Positions 1-9,125 of a stretch of DNA of 64,000 nt are shown piece after piece. The notes beneath the pieces were generated by a model. It was not told the DNA's origin. It was given only the letters and a program-made list of their open reading frames with translations, and ran no database searches. This DNA comes from an uncultured Chloroflexia bacterium (GTDB lineage: Bacteria; Chloroflexota; Chloroflexia; QHBQ01; JADMIH01). The stretch covers positions 221,231 through 285,230 of the forward strand of contig CAWCNY010000005.1 in NCBI GenBank assembly GCA_963797095.1, given 5' to 3'. Both the position numbers and the translations under genes were made by a program. The first letter of the stretch is position 1. The number at the start of each line of letters is the position of its first letter.

Positions 1-309
1 CTGGCCGACATCCTGGAAGGCGAGGGGTATGTCGCTCGCAAAGCTGCCAATGGCCTCGAAGCCCTGCAATTGATCGCGGAGCGAAGGCCCAACCTTATCT
101 TTTTGGACATGATGATGCCGGTGATGGATGGCTGGCAATTCCTCAACGAGTTGCACGCCAACCCTATGTGGACAGCTATTCCCGTGGTGCTGATGACTGC
201 TGTTTACGACATGGCTTCTCTTGAGCACAAAACAGGCGCGCGGGCCATACTCTCCAAGCCTTTCGACATAGAGCTTATCATTGAGTCGGTCAGGTTCTTT
301 GCGGATTGA
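1..309 (+). CDS. Response regulator receiver domain protein, 3' part; the 5' end lies outside the window
   Basis: The open frame runs from window position 1 to a stop at 307-309. It carries CheY-like motifs: LIFLDMMMP (phospho-Asp region), VVLMTA and LSKPFD. Confidence 0.6.
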   Translation: MADILEGEGYVARKAANGLEALQLIAERRPNLIFLDMMMPVMDGWQFLNELHANPMWTAIPVVLMTAVYDMASLEHKTGARAILSKPFDIELIIESVRFFAD

Positions 310-439
310 GTTGCTTGAGGCCGCTGCCCGGTCCCGTCCGGTCCGTGTGCGCCTGTATCCTTTGTCGTGTATAATTGACTAAAGCGCGCCCGGCACACTG
401 AGGCGCGCGCTGTTTGTACGGAAAGGGTACTCGGACTTA

Positions 440-1696
440 ATGTCCTCCGGAAAATCACGCCGACGCGCGGGAGGCAACCGCAAGGCTCGGCAACCTGCTT
501 CCCAGCAATCCACACAACCAGGAACCTCGCCAACCATGCCCGCAGGCACAGGCGCGCCCGGAGCGCGCTCGCCGCTTGTGCTATGGGGCACAACCATACT
601 TATCGTGCTGGCGATTGCGTTCGTAGCCTTTCTCTTCGTCGCGCAGATAGTCCTGCGGCCACAGGACCCCACCCCCACACCCACCGCCGGTTCAAACACA
701 AACCAAACTTCCGGCGCGTCAACTTCTGCGAGCCGCATTGCCTTCGTGCGCGTACCTGCTGATGGCGGCCCGCGCAATCTGTACGTGGTGAACGCCGACG
801 GCACCAACCAGCAGCAGGTAACCGAAGGCTACGACATCAACGGCACGCCAGCCTGGTCGCCCGACGGCAAAAGCATCCTTATCCAGACCGACATCGACAA
901 AGTAACCACCATAGTTCGTCTGACAATTGGCCCCGACAATAAGATGGCCGACTCGGCCCAACTTACGGCAGACATAAAGGCCGATAGCGTGCTTGCCACG
1001 TGGTCACCTGATGGCAGCATGATCGCCTTCCAATCGAAGCAGGATGGCCCCCTTTCTCAGATATACGTCATGAATACCGACGGCAGCAACAAGCGCCGCG
1101 TGTCCGACGGCAACGGCTTCGCCGGGCAACCGGCCTGGTCTCCCGACAGCAAGATGGTCACTTACGTCTCGGGCGCAGAGCAGGTTGCCGGGGCCGAGCG
1201 CGAGGTCTACATCGCTCCTGTAGATGGTGGAACGCCAACTCAGGTCTCAAGCATCGGCGGGAGTCTCACCAACCCTATCTGGTCGCCCGACGGCAAGACA
1301 ATCGCGTGCTTACAGGTACTTGGCGACCGTGATTACAAGCTTCTCTTGATGAACACCGACGGCGCTAACCTGCGCACCCTCGATGAAGGCCTGGTTATAC
1401 GCGCGCCGAGCTTTTCGCCGGCTGGCGATGCCATAGTTTACTATACGGTCAGCGACGTGAACAACAACATCAACATCTACGACCTGACCACCGACCGCAA
1501 CCTGAGCGTAACCAAGAGCCAGGGTGATAATTACAATCCTGTCTGGTCGCCTGACGGCAGCATGATCGCATGGGCAAGCACGCCTGGCAATTCACCTCAC
1601 AAGATCGCGATTGCAAACCGAGATGGGACCAACCGCCAGACGGTATCGAGCGGCGATGGCGACGATTCCCAGGTAGCGTGGGGCGTTGTGAAGTAG
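440..1696 (+). CDS. Membrane-anchored TolB-like beta-propeller protein with PD40 repeats
   Basis: Basic N-terminal tail followed by one TM helix (LVLWGTTILIVLAIAFVAFLFVA). At least 6 repeats carry the PD40 signature WSPDG (AWSPDGKSI, TWSPDGSMI, AWSPDSKMV, IWSPDGKTI, VWSPDGSMI). Confidence 0.7.
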   Translation: MSSGKSRRRAGGNRKARQPASQQSTQPGTSPTMPAGTGAPGARSPLVLWGTTILIVLAIAFVAFLFVAQIVLRPQDPTPTPTAGSNTNQTSGASTSASRIAFVRVPADGGPRNLYVVNADGTNQQQVTEGYDINGTPAWSPDGKSILIQTDIDKVTTIVRLTIGPDNKMADSAQLTADIKADSVLATWSPDGSMIAFQSKQDGPLSQIYVMNTDGSNKRRVSDGNGFAGQPAWSPDSKMVTYVSGAEQVAGAEREVYIAPVDGGTPTQVSSIGGSLTNPIWSPDGKTIACLQVLGDRDYKLLLMNTDGANLRTLDEGLVIRAPSFSPAGDAIVYYTVSDVNNNINIYDLTTDRNLSVTKSQGDNYNPVWSPDGSMIAWASTPGNSPHKIAIANRDGTNRQTVSSGDGDDSQVAWGVVK

Positions 1697-1724
1697 GGTC
1701 TTCCACATTACCAACGAGACAAGA

Positions 1725-3206
1725 ATGCACAAACCCGGAGCACTCTACACAATATATCTGGCTCTACTTGCGCTTATCATCCTGGTCGCGCTTGCAGCCT
1801 GCGACGCGGCGGGCATCCCCCAATCTGGCACGCCGGAAACCGCTTCAACCTCGACCCCTAAAACGGTTGCCATCGCAGAGCCAACATCTACGGAGAGTCG
1901 CCCGGCACCTGAGCCGACCAACACTTCTGTCGTCGGAGGCTCGTCCCAACACCAGCCTACCGCGACGAGCCCCCGCGCCACCTTTACAGCAGTTGAGCCT
2001 ACAGAGGAACCAACCGCCGAGCCTGCTACCCCGATCTTCAGCGGCGACGAGGCGACACCCACCATCCTACCCGAAGATGAGCGCGTCAGCCTGTTCCAGC
2101 AGGTGTGGGACACCGTTAGCGAACACTACCTTTATCGCGACTTTAACGGACTCGATTGGAACGCGGTGCACGACAAGTACGAGCCTATTGTCCGCAACGC
2201 CAAAACTTCTACGGAGTTCTACAAGGCCATCAGCGACATGGTCGATGAGTTGAACGATGATCACTCGCGCTTCCTGTCACCTGAGGAAAGGCAGGAGGAA
2301 GACGACCTTCAGAGCGGCAACGCCAACTATGTGGGGGTAGGCATCGTTTCGGCACCGGCCGATAAGTCGGTGATGGTGGTCTTCGTCTTTCCGGGAAGCC
2401 CGGCAGGCAAGGCCGGCATAATACGACGCGACCGCATCATGGCAGTGGATGGTAGGCCGATTGAGGACCCGCAAAACATAGCGGACATGATCAGGGGTGA
2501 GGAGGGCACGACTGTCAACCTCACGATCCGCTCGCCTGGACAGGACGAGCGAGTGGTACCTGTCGTGCGCGGCAGAATCACCGGAGCAATTGTACCCTCA
2601 AGCTCGCGCCTGGAACGAGACCCATCAATCGGCTACCTGATCATCCCCGACCTGTGGACCGACGACATGGGCGACCGGGTCGAGAACGAGCTTGACAGCC
2701 TCCTCACAGGAAGCCCTGACCTCAAGGGGCTGGTGGTGGATCTGCGCGGTAACGGTGGCGGCTTCCGCAGCGTGCTGGAACAAATCCTGGGTGACTTTGT
2801 GTCGGGACAGGTTGGCTCATTCTTCGACAGCAAAGCCTCGTACCCGTTCAAAATCACTGCCGGGCCTATGCTGGACAGGCTGAAGGACGTGCCCGTAGTG
2901 ATCCTGGTGGACGGAGGCTCCGAAAGCTACGCTGAGGTCCTGGCCGCATCTATTCAGGAGAAGGGTCGCGCCCAGGTGGTGGGGGTCCACAGCGCGGGCA
3001 ACACAGAAACCATCTACCAGTACAATTTCGACGACGGTTCGCGACTGTGGTGTGCCCAGGAGGGTTTCAAGCTGCTTGACGGCACCAACCTGGAAGGACG
3101 CGGCGTCATCCCCGACTTCGTGATACAGGACGACTGGACGAATTACCCTGAGCGAGACGATCCCGATATCGTCAAAGCCATAGAGTTGCTTACCCACCCC
3201 ACGTGA
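1725..3206 (+). CDS. S41 family C-terminal processing peptidase (CtpA-like, tail-specific protease) with PDZ domain; lipoprotein
   Basis: Lipobox LAACDAAG. PDZ segment GVGIVSAP...FPGSPAGKAGI. S41 core motifs VVDLRGNGGG and ILVDGGSESYAEVLA. Confidence 0.8.
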   Translation: MHKPGALYTIYLALLALIILVALAACDAAGIPQSGTPETASTSTPKTVAIAEPTSTESRPAPEPTNTSVVGGSSQHQPTATSPRATFTAVEPTEEPTAEPATPIFSGDEATPTILPEDERVSLFQQVWDTVSEHYLYRDFNGLDWNAVHDKYEPIVRNAKTSTEFYKAISDMVDELNDDHSRFLSPEERQEEDDLQSGNANYVGVGIVSAPADKSVMVVFVFPGSPAGKAGIIRRDRIMAVDGRPIEDPQNIADMIRGEEGTTVNLTIRSPGQDERVVPVVRGRITGAIVPSSSRLERDPSIGYLIIPDLWTDDMGDRVENELDSLLTGSPDLKGLVVDLRGNGGGFRSVLEQILGDFVSGQVGSFFDSKASYPFKITAGPMLDRLKDVPVVILVDGGSESYAEVLAASIQEKGRAQVVGVHSAGNTETIYQYNFDDGSRLWCAQEGFKLLDGTNLEGRGVIPDFVIQDDWTNYPERDDPDIVKAIELLTHPT

Positions 3207-4033
3207 AACGTGTCGCGATCATTGGTCCGGGCGGCGCGGACAAGTCAGCATTGCCCGCAGGGAGCAACATGCGCCAAAACTATCCCATTCTTGAATTCAG
3301 CGCCCAGCCTGAGGGATTGATTGAGCCGAAGCGCCTCATCAAGCCGATCGAGGTGCCGGAGCGTGCGGTGGCCTGCTTCTTCCAGGATGTGATCACCCGC
3401 CTCTCGCAAGAGCACAAGGCCGAGGTTGTTACCCACCTGCGAAGCGAAATGGGCACGAACCCGGTATACCGCCTCGAATGGAACGGCAAGCCTCTTACTG
3501 TATTTCACCCCGGCGTGGGCGCGCCTCTTGCCGCCGGTTTCCTGGAAGAAGTGATCGCCCTCGGTTGCAACAAATTCGTGGCCTGCGGCGGCTGTGGGGT
3601 GCTCGATAGCAAGCTGACGGTCGGGCACGTTATCGTTCCAACTTCTGCGGTCCGTGACGAAGGAACCTCGTATCACTACTTGCCGCCGGGGCGCGAAGTT
3701 TCGGCCTCGAAAGAGGCGCTAACCGCCGTTATGCAGACCCTCGACGCCAACGCGATACCGTACACGGCGGGCAAGACCTGGACGACCGATGCCATCTATC
3801 GCGAAACACCCGAAAAGATCGCACTCAGGCGCTCGGAGGGCTGCATCTCGGTGGAGATGGAGGCTGCTGCCTTCTTCGCGGTGGCGCAGTTTCGCGGCGT
3901 GCAGATGGCCCAGATGCTCTACGGCGGCGACGATGTCGGCGGCGAGACCTGGGATAGTAGACACTGGGTCAGCCACACTTCCGTTCGCGAAAAGCTATTC
4001 TGGCTAGCCGCCGAAGCGTGCCTTTCACTGTAA
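3203..4033 (+). CDS. Nucleoside phosphorylase family protein (PNP/UDP phosphorylase family 1)
   Basis: Core motifs GVGAPLAAG, GGCGVL and the family hallmark SVEMEAAA. The true start may be the internal Met (MRQNYPILEF, about 3269). Confidence 0.55.
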   Translation: MKRVAIIGPGGADKSALPAGSNMRQNYPILEFSAQPEGLIEPKRLIKPIEVPERAVACFFQDVITRLSQEHKAEVVTHLRSEMGTNPVYRLEWNGKPLTVFHPGVGAPLAAGFLEEVIALGCNKFVACGGCGVLDSKLTVGHVIVPTSAVRDEGTSYHYLPPGREVSASKEALTAVMQTLDANAIPYTAGKTWTTDAIYRETPEKIALRRSEGCISVEMEAAAFFAVAQFRGVQMAQMLYGGDDVGGETWDSRHWVSHTSVREKLFWLAAEACLSL

Positions 4034-4037
4034 GCCT

Positions 4038-4679
4038 GTGCAAGAGTACTACAATCGCCGCGCCCGCGAGTACGAGGCCATCTACGCCACTGACGATCCG
4101 ACGCGCCGCGCCGAACTGGCAGCCATTGCGGCCCAGGTGGCGTCTCTGCTGGCCGGCAGGCGGGTCTTTGAAGTTGCCTGCGGAACCGGCTACTGGACAA
4201 CTATCATAGCTAAGGCCGCCTCCAATGTGACCGCCACCGACGCTTCCAAGGAAATGCTTGAGATCGCAAGCTCAAAGGCTCTTCCGCCCAACCGCGTTAC
4301 CTTCCTTACCGCCGATGCTTACGACCTCGCGAGTGTACCGGGCAAGTTCGATGCAGCGCTCGCCAACTTCTGGCTTTCGCACGTGCCGCGCGCCCGCATC
4401 GACGAGTTTCTCACAGGTCTGGGTGCCAGGCTAGAGCCAGGCTCGGTAGTGTTTATGGCCGACAATATGTATATGCCCGGCGTCGGTGGCGAATTAGTGA
4501 GCACGCCCGGCCACCCCGACACATTCAAGCTCCGCACCCTTGCGGATGGCTCGCAACATCTTGTGCTGAAGAATTACTACGACGAAGGTCAATTGCGTAC
4601 TCTCCTCAACTCTTATGCGTCCGATCTTCGGGTCCATATGGGCACTGCCTACTGGTGGTGTTCCTACAGCAAACCATGA
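4038..4679 (+). CDS. Class I SAM-dependent methyltransferase
   Basis: Motif I VFEVACGTGYWT. Rossmann-fold methyltransferase layout. Gap of 4 nt from the upstream gene. Confidence 0.7.
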   Translation: MQEYYNRRAREYEAIYATDDPTRRAELAAIAAQVASLLAGRRVFEVACGTGYWTTIIAKAASNVTATDASKEMLEIASSKALPPNRVTFLTADAYDLASVPGKFDAALANFWLSHVPRARIDEFLTGLGARLEPGSVVFMADNMYMPGVGGELVSTPGHPDTFKLRTLADGSQHLVLKNYYDEGQLRTLLNSYASDLRVHMGTAYWWCSYSKP

Positions 4680-5254
4680 AAGAGCGCGTTGTTGTGATCA
4701 TCACCGGGCTACCGAGCACCGGTAAGACTCATCTAGGGCGCGAGGTGGCGAGCAGGCTTGACCTGCCGTTCATCAACAAGGATGCCATCAAGGAAACGCT
4801 CTTCAACGAACTTGGCTGGAGCGACCGCGAGTGGTCGCGCAAACTTGGCTCTACCACCTATGGCATACTTTATTACCTCCTTGATGCGCTGATGCCTCCC
4901 GGCGTGTCGCTGGTAGTCGAGAGCAACTTCGAGGCCGACAAAGCCGGTCCTGAACTCGCGCAACGGATCGCCAGGCATGGCTACCGTGTTGTGCAGGTGT
5001 TGTGTAAGACCGACGGCCCGACGCTGGTGGAAAGGTTCAAAGAACGAAGCGAATCGGGAGAAAGGCACCCGGGCCACGTGGACAGCCTTGCCGAACTGAC
5101 ACCGAAGTTGTTGAAAGGCCGGATCGAACCGGTCGCGCTGCCCGGACCGCTGATTGAGGTAGATACAACCGACTTCGATATGATAGACTACGACACACTT
5201 GTAGACTCGATTCGCGATGGCCTCGGCAGCCAGAAAGGTGATGTACAGGAATGA
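4676..5254 (+). CDS. P-loop kinase (AAA_33/zeta-toxin-like ATP-binding protein)
   Basis: Walker A GLPSTGKTHLG. Start ATG overlaps the methyltransferase stop (ATGA). The ORF-track start at 4655 is probably too far upstream. Confidence 0.55.
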   Translation: MKERVVVIITGLPSTGKTHLGREVASRLDLPFINKDAIKETLFNELGWSDREWSRKLGSTTYGILYYLLDALMPPGVSLVVESNFEADKAGPELAQRIARHGYRVVQVLCKTDGPTLVERFKERSESGERHPGHVDSLAELTPKLLKGRIEPVALPGPLIEVDTTDFDMIDYDTLVDSIRDGLGSQKGDVQE

Positions 5255-5595
5255 ACCCTTTAGAAAGCGTGCCGCAGATGGACGTTCAAACCACCCACGA
5301 TATGTGGCAGGTGGACGAGATCGCCTTACTGGACGTGCGCGAGCAGTCGGAGTGGGACCTCGGCCACGTTGACGGTATCAGCCTTATCCCGTTGGGCCAG
5401 CTGCCGATGCGCTGGCGCGAGCTAGACCCCGACAAGAAGTGGGTAATCGTTTGCCGTAGCGGCAACCGCAGCAACTATGCCGCCGCTCTCCTCAGGCAGG
5501 CGGGGCTCGATGCGGTCAACATGTGGGGCGGCATGCTGGATTGGAAAGCCGCAGGACTACCCATAACCCCACCGGGGATAGTCGAGGAACATTGA
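5251..5595 (+). CDS. Rhodanese-like sulfurtransferase domain protein
   Basis: Active-site loop CRSGNRS. Rhodanese fold motifs LLDVREQSEW and MWGGMLDW. ATGA overlap with the upstream kinase. Confidence 0.75.
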   Translation: MNPLESVPQMDVQTTHDMWQVDEIALLDVREQSEWDLGHVDGISLIPLGQLPMRWRELDPDKKWVIVCRSGNRSNYAAALLRQAGLDAVNMWGGMLDWKAAGLPITPPGIVEEH

Positions 5596-5894
5596 TCTGC
5601 CTGAGCGAGGCTAATAGCTGTACTTACGGCTGTTGTTGCCCGATTTTTTCGGAAGCGATCGGTACGTGTCTTATTCTCCCCCCATATATTAAAGGACTTT
5701 GGCGGGCCTAAACTGGACAGGTTTTGGAGTGTACTTTAGTACGGTCTTTATTGTGGGAACAAACAGATAGCTATGCGAATAACCATAATTTTTGGGCTGT
5801 GAGATGCTATAATTGAGCCATACGACGCGCAACCGTTAGCCCCACTTTTCGTCATACTTGTGACAACGGTATAGCGATCGATAGCTAACTGATA

Positions 5895-7784
5895 GTGAGT
5901 TTCCACATGACGCTCAGTTCCTTTCGTGCGCGCCGCTCTGGTGGCCCGCGTCTCCTCATGGCTTTAATGCTGACGTTCTCTGCCCTGGGAATATTGCTCG
6001 CGCCGATCTCGCGTGCGGGTGTAGCGCAGGCGCAGACTACCCGCGCACGAACCCCCGGAGACGGCGACCTTTTCGGGATCGTGATGCGCGATCCCTTCTA
6101 CGAGTTCAACACCGACCCGGTCAACTATCCGATGCAAGCCAACAAGACGGCCCTGGAAGAGCAAGCGCAGGAGCTTGCGAACGCGGGTGTGCGCTGGGTG
6201 CGCCTGGAGTTCTTCGCCGACTATGACGGCAGCGTACCCGCAGGGGACATCAACTGGGCCAAGTACGACTACTTCATCAACGAGTTGGCCCCCAAGTACG
6301 ACCTCAAGGTGCTGGCCCTCCTGAACGTGGGGATTGTATCGTACGAGGGCCAGACAGTGCGCACAATCGCGTTCAACGACCCACCGGACGGTGCGGGCGC
6401 AGATCCCAACGACGGCTCCAACCACTTCATCCGCGTGTTCCGCGACCGAGCCGCGCAGGTAGCAGCACATTACGGGCATGCGATCAGCGCCTACGAGATC
6501 GTCAACGAACCGAACATTAGCTGGGATCTGTGGCAGGACAGCCACTATATTGAGGCCGAGATCAAATCTGAAAGATATGCAGCGCTGCTGTCGAGCGCCT
6601 ACGAAGCGATCAAGACCGTGGACCCCGACGCGCAGGTGATCACAGGCGGGATCATGATCGGCTCGCCACCCGAAGAACAAGATCGCAATGAGTTTGACTA
6701 CCTGTACGAGCTATATACATCCAAGTGGGTGGCCCGATATAAGTTGGATGGTGGGCCAAACAAACCCGGCTGGAACGTCGTGCCCTGGGACGGGGTGGCC
6801 CTGCACCCCTACTGGATGGACGCGCCAACGCTTTTTGCGCTGATCAACGACTTCTCACGCAAGCTGCGCGACCGCCAGGACTTCAAGAGCAGGCTGTGGA
6901 TCACCGAGGTGGGCGCGCCGGCCGATCCGCCTACTGGGCAGACCGACAAGCCGTCACAGCAGGAGATCGACCAGGCGTACTACCTGCGCGCCATCTACGG
7001 CGGCATCCTGGACAGCGACGAATTGAGCGCCAACGTCGCGCACGTCTTCTGGTTCAAGTACGAGGACTTTGTGCCCGGAGACTACACCCACAACTACGGG
7101 CTGGTGCGCCTTGAGGAGAACGCCACCCATGACGACTACGCACCTTCGGGCAAGGTGTGGGTGCACAAACTGGCATTCAAGGCATACCAGGAGCTTGCGC
7201 TCGGCTACAGCATCACCGACCCCGTGGCGGAAGCGGATGCCCGCGCCCAGAACTTCTTCTACTTCGATGCTACCCACCAGGCCATCGCGCCTCAGTTCGC
7301 CGAATACTGGATCGAGAAGGGGGGGTTAGAGCGCTTCGGCTATCCCATATCGCGCCCCGTGACGATTAAAGGCGTACTCAGCCAGTTCTTCCAACGCGCG
7401 GTGTTCGAGTACCACCCGGAATACGCGCGCACCCCTAACGAGGTGCTACTGCGTCTGGTTGGCAGCGAGCTTGCCGTTGGGCGCAATTTCGCTCCCGCCG
7501 ACAAATCGGTGCTCTCCAGCGACGGAATGTTCTTCCCCGAAACCGGGCACACACTGAAAGACCCATTCCTCACATTCTGGAATGAGCGCGGCGGCCTTGC
7601 TGTGTACGGCTACCCGATCTCCGAGCAGCTTTCGGAACAGGCACCTGACGGCCATATCTACACCGTCCAATATTTCGAGCGTAACCGCCTGGAGTACCAC
7701 CCCGAAGCAGCGGGCACACCCTACGAAGTACAGCTTGGCCTGCTTGGCGCGGCCCTCCTGAAAGAGGACCTCTGGTGGCGCTAG
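5895..7784 (+). CDS. Secreted clan GH-A glycoside hydrolase (GH5/GH39-like) with two C-terminal tandem repeats of about 75 aa (LGFP-like)
   Basis: Signal peptide. Acid/base motif YEIVNEPN and nucleophile motif LWITEVGAP. Two C-terminal repeats containing GG(L)xxFGYPIS...QYFERxRxEYHP...QLGLLG. Confidence 0.7.
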   Translation: MSFHMTLSSFRARRSGGPRLLMALMLTFSALGILLAPISRAGVAQAQTTRARTPGDGDLFGIVMRDPFYEFNTDPVNYPMQANKTALEEQAQELANAGVRWVRLEFFADYDGSVPAGDINWAKYDYFINELAPKYDLKVLALLNVGIVSYEGQTVRTIAFNDPPDGAGADPNDGSNHFIRVFRDRAAQVAAHYGHAISAYEIVNEPNISWDLWQDSHYIEAEIKSERYAALLSSAYEAIKTVDPDAQVITGGIMIGSPPEEQDRNEFDYLYELYTSKWVARYKLDGGPNKPGWNVVPWDGVALHPYWMDAPTLFALINDFSRKLRDRQDFKSRLWITEVGAPADPPTGQTDKPSQQEIDQAYYLRAIYGGILDSDELSANVAHVFWFKYEDFVPGDYTHNYGLVRLEENATHDDYAPSGKVWVHKLAFKAYQELALGYSITDPVAEADARAQNFFYFDATHQAIAPQFAEYWIEKGGLERFGYPISRPVTIKGVLSQFFQRAVFEYHPEYARTPNEVLLRLVGSELAVGRNFAPADKSVLSSDGMFFPETGHTLKDPFLTFWNERGGLAVYGYPISEQLSEQAPDGHIYTVQYFERNRLEYHPEAAGTPYEVQLGLLGAALLKEDLWWR

Positions 7785-7795
7785 TAGTGCGTCAA
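7781..7795. repeat. IS630 left terminal inverted repeat plus TA
   Basis: Exact reverse complement of 9051-9065. Confidence 0.8.
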
Positions 7796-8457
7796 GCGGC
7801 ATCTGATAGGTTCTCGGATTGAAGTGAGGCTTGCACTTGGATGGTTGGATACAGCTTCTTCAGTTTGATACGCGCATCAGCTGTCGTGAAGCGCCATTCC
7901 ACTGTCGCCTTGGCGTTGTTGCGCTCCTCTACCCAGCCGCTCGTTTCCATCCCCAACCGCTCTTGGTCTGCTATTCGCCGGTCCAAACACTGCTTGCTAA
8001 GCACCGATAGCTCGATCTCCGCCATGTTCAACCAACTACCATGCTTGGGTGTGTAGTGGACCTCCAACCTGTTGATGATCCGCCTCGCCTCTTCGGGCTC
8101 AAACACTTCATAAAGTGCGGATAGGTCATGCGTATTCAGATTGTCCATCACCAACCGGATCAAAACGGCATCTGGGAAGTAGGGGTCCACCAACTCACGC
8201 ATACAGTAGGCAAAGTCCACTTTGGTGCGATGCTCCGTTACCACTACCTCTCGCCAGTTCTCAAGACGAGCAAATAACATGAACAGGTTGCTCACACCGT
8301 TACGCACATACTCGTAGTCCACCCTCGCTGGCAGGCCGGGTGCTACCGGTAGGGGAGTGTGGCTCTCCCCGATTAGCTGCTTGCTCGTTTCATCGAGGCA
8401 CACCAGCGGGTATTCAGGATCATAGGGAGCAGTGTACAAATCGAGCACATCTTCCAT
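7792..8457 (-). CDS. IS630 transposase C-terminal DDE_3 part (orfB frame). The frame is open upstream to the A7 run, where a -1 shift would fuse it to orfA.
   Basis: DDE-domain motifs VCLDETSKQ, LVMDNLNTH and SWLNMAEIE. The -1 frame after AAAAAAA reads KKNEIKPWLKEEYCIPPQADADFVYHMEDVLDL, continuing directly into this ORF. Confidence 0.75.
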   Translation of the reverse strand: MEDVLDLYTAPYDPEYPLVCLDETSKQLIGESHTPLPVAPGLPARVDYEYVRNGVSNLFMLFARLENWREVVVTEHRTKVDFAYCMRELVDPYFPDAVLIRLVMDNLNTHDLSALYEVFEPEEARRIINRLEVHYTPKHGSWLNMAEIELSVLSKQCLDRRIADQERLGMETSGWVEERNNAKATVEWRFTTADARIKLKKLYPTIQVQASLQSENLSDAA

Positions 8458-8507
8458 ATGGTAGACAAAGTCGGCATCGGCCTGTGGTGGAATACAATAT
8501 TCCTCCT

Positions 8508-8984
8508 TCAGCCATGGCTTGATTTCGTTTTTTTCAGAACAGAGCGCACCGTCTCATGAGAGACCGCATCAACATAGCCAAGTACTGCCAATCTGTCGGC
8601 CAGCAAGCGCAACGACCAGTGCTCTCGCCCGGTGGGTGGAGAGGAGCAGGCCAGGGCGAGCAGGTGAGCTTCCACTTCCCCATCCAGCTTGCGCTCTCGC
8701 CAGCCGGTCGGTCGGCGCTGATGCAAGGCTGCATCCAACCCTTCTTCAACGAAGCGCTGACGGACACGATGAATGGTTTGGCTACCGACATCGTGAGCAT
8801 CTTGGATAGCCTCATCGGTCCAAGCGGGGCCCTGTGGACCGCAACCAGCTTTGAGCAAGATCTGGGCATGGGTACGCACGCGACCAGGAGCGGTGCCAGT
8901 GCGGACCAGTTTGTCAAGTTCAATGCGCTCATCAGCAGTCAGAGTTACAATGTATTTAGCGGGCTTCGGATCGGGTACCTCCAA
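8508..8984 (-). CDS. IS630 transposase N-terminal part (HTH DNA-binding, orfA frame)
   Basis: Typical IS630 N-terminus (paired HTH; LADRLAVLGYVDAVSHETVRSVLKK). Ends with LKKTKSSHG just after an A7 slippery run (minus strand, plus coordinates 8528-8534). Confidence 0.75.
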   Translation of the reverse strand: MEVPDPKPAKYIVTLTADERIELDKLVRTGTAPGRVRTHAQILLKAGCGPQGPAWTDEAIQDAHDVGSQTIHRVRQRFVEEGLDAALHQRRPTGWRERKLDGEVEAHLLALACSSPPTGREHWSLRLLADRLAVLGYVDAVSHETVRSVLKKTKSSHG

Positions 8985-9050
8985 TCAACAGATCTTGAAA
9001 CCATCAGTTGTTGGATTCTACCCGATCCATGCCTGTTTACCACTTCCCAT

Positions 9051-9065
9051 TTGACGCACTACTAG
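9051..9065. repeat. IS630 right terminal inverted repeat plus TA
   Basis: Exact reverse complement of 7781-7795. Confidence 0.8.
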
Positions 9066-9075
9066 CTTAGACAAA

Positions 9076-9106
9076 ACAAAACGTCTGCTCAACTGGCAGA
9101 CGTTTA
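9076..9106. terminator. Bidirectional intrinsic terminator between convergent genes
   Basis: aaaacgtctgc-tcaactg-gcagacgttt: a 10-bp GC-containing stem with an A-run upstream and a T-run downstream, so it reads as a terminator on both strands. Confidence 0.6.
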
Positions 9107-9125
9107 GTTCGTGCGCGGGTTTCCG

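Larger units (their letters stand above)
7784..9062 (-). mobile_element. IS630 family insertion sequence, about 1.28 kb, inserted at the TA of the upstream gene's TAG stop codon
   Basis: Perfect 15-bp terminal inverted repeats (ctagtagtgcgtcaa at 7781-7795; ttgacgcactactag at 9051-9065). TA at both junctions. Transposase with HTH and DDE domains in between. Confidence 0.8.

Noticed and set aside
3203-4033. PNP-domain protein as a Detocs/CBASS-type defence effector, given the response-regulator gene fragment at 1-309
   Set aside because: The receiver gene is separated from it by two unrelated envelope genes. There is no kinase, Hpt or cyclase partner. The operon context with a methyltransferase, kinase and rhodanese points to metabolism.
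7782-7784. IS630 insertion truncating the glycoside hydrolase
   Set aside because: The TA target lay within the TAG stop, and the duplication regenerates TAG. The hydrolase C-terminus (…QLGLLGAALLKEDLWWR) is complete, like its paralogues.
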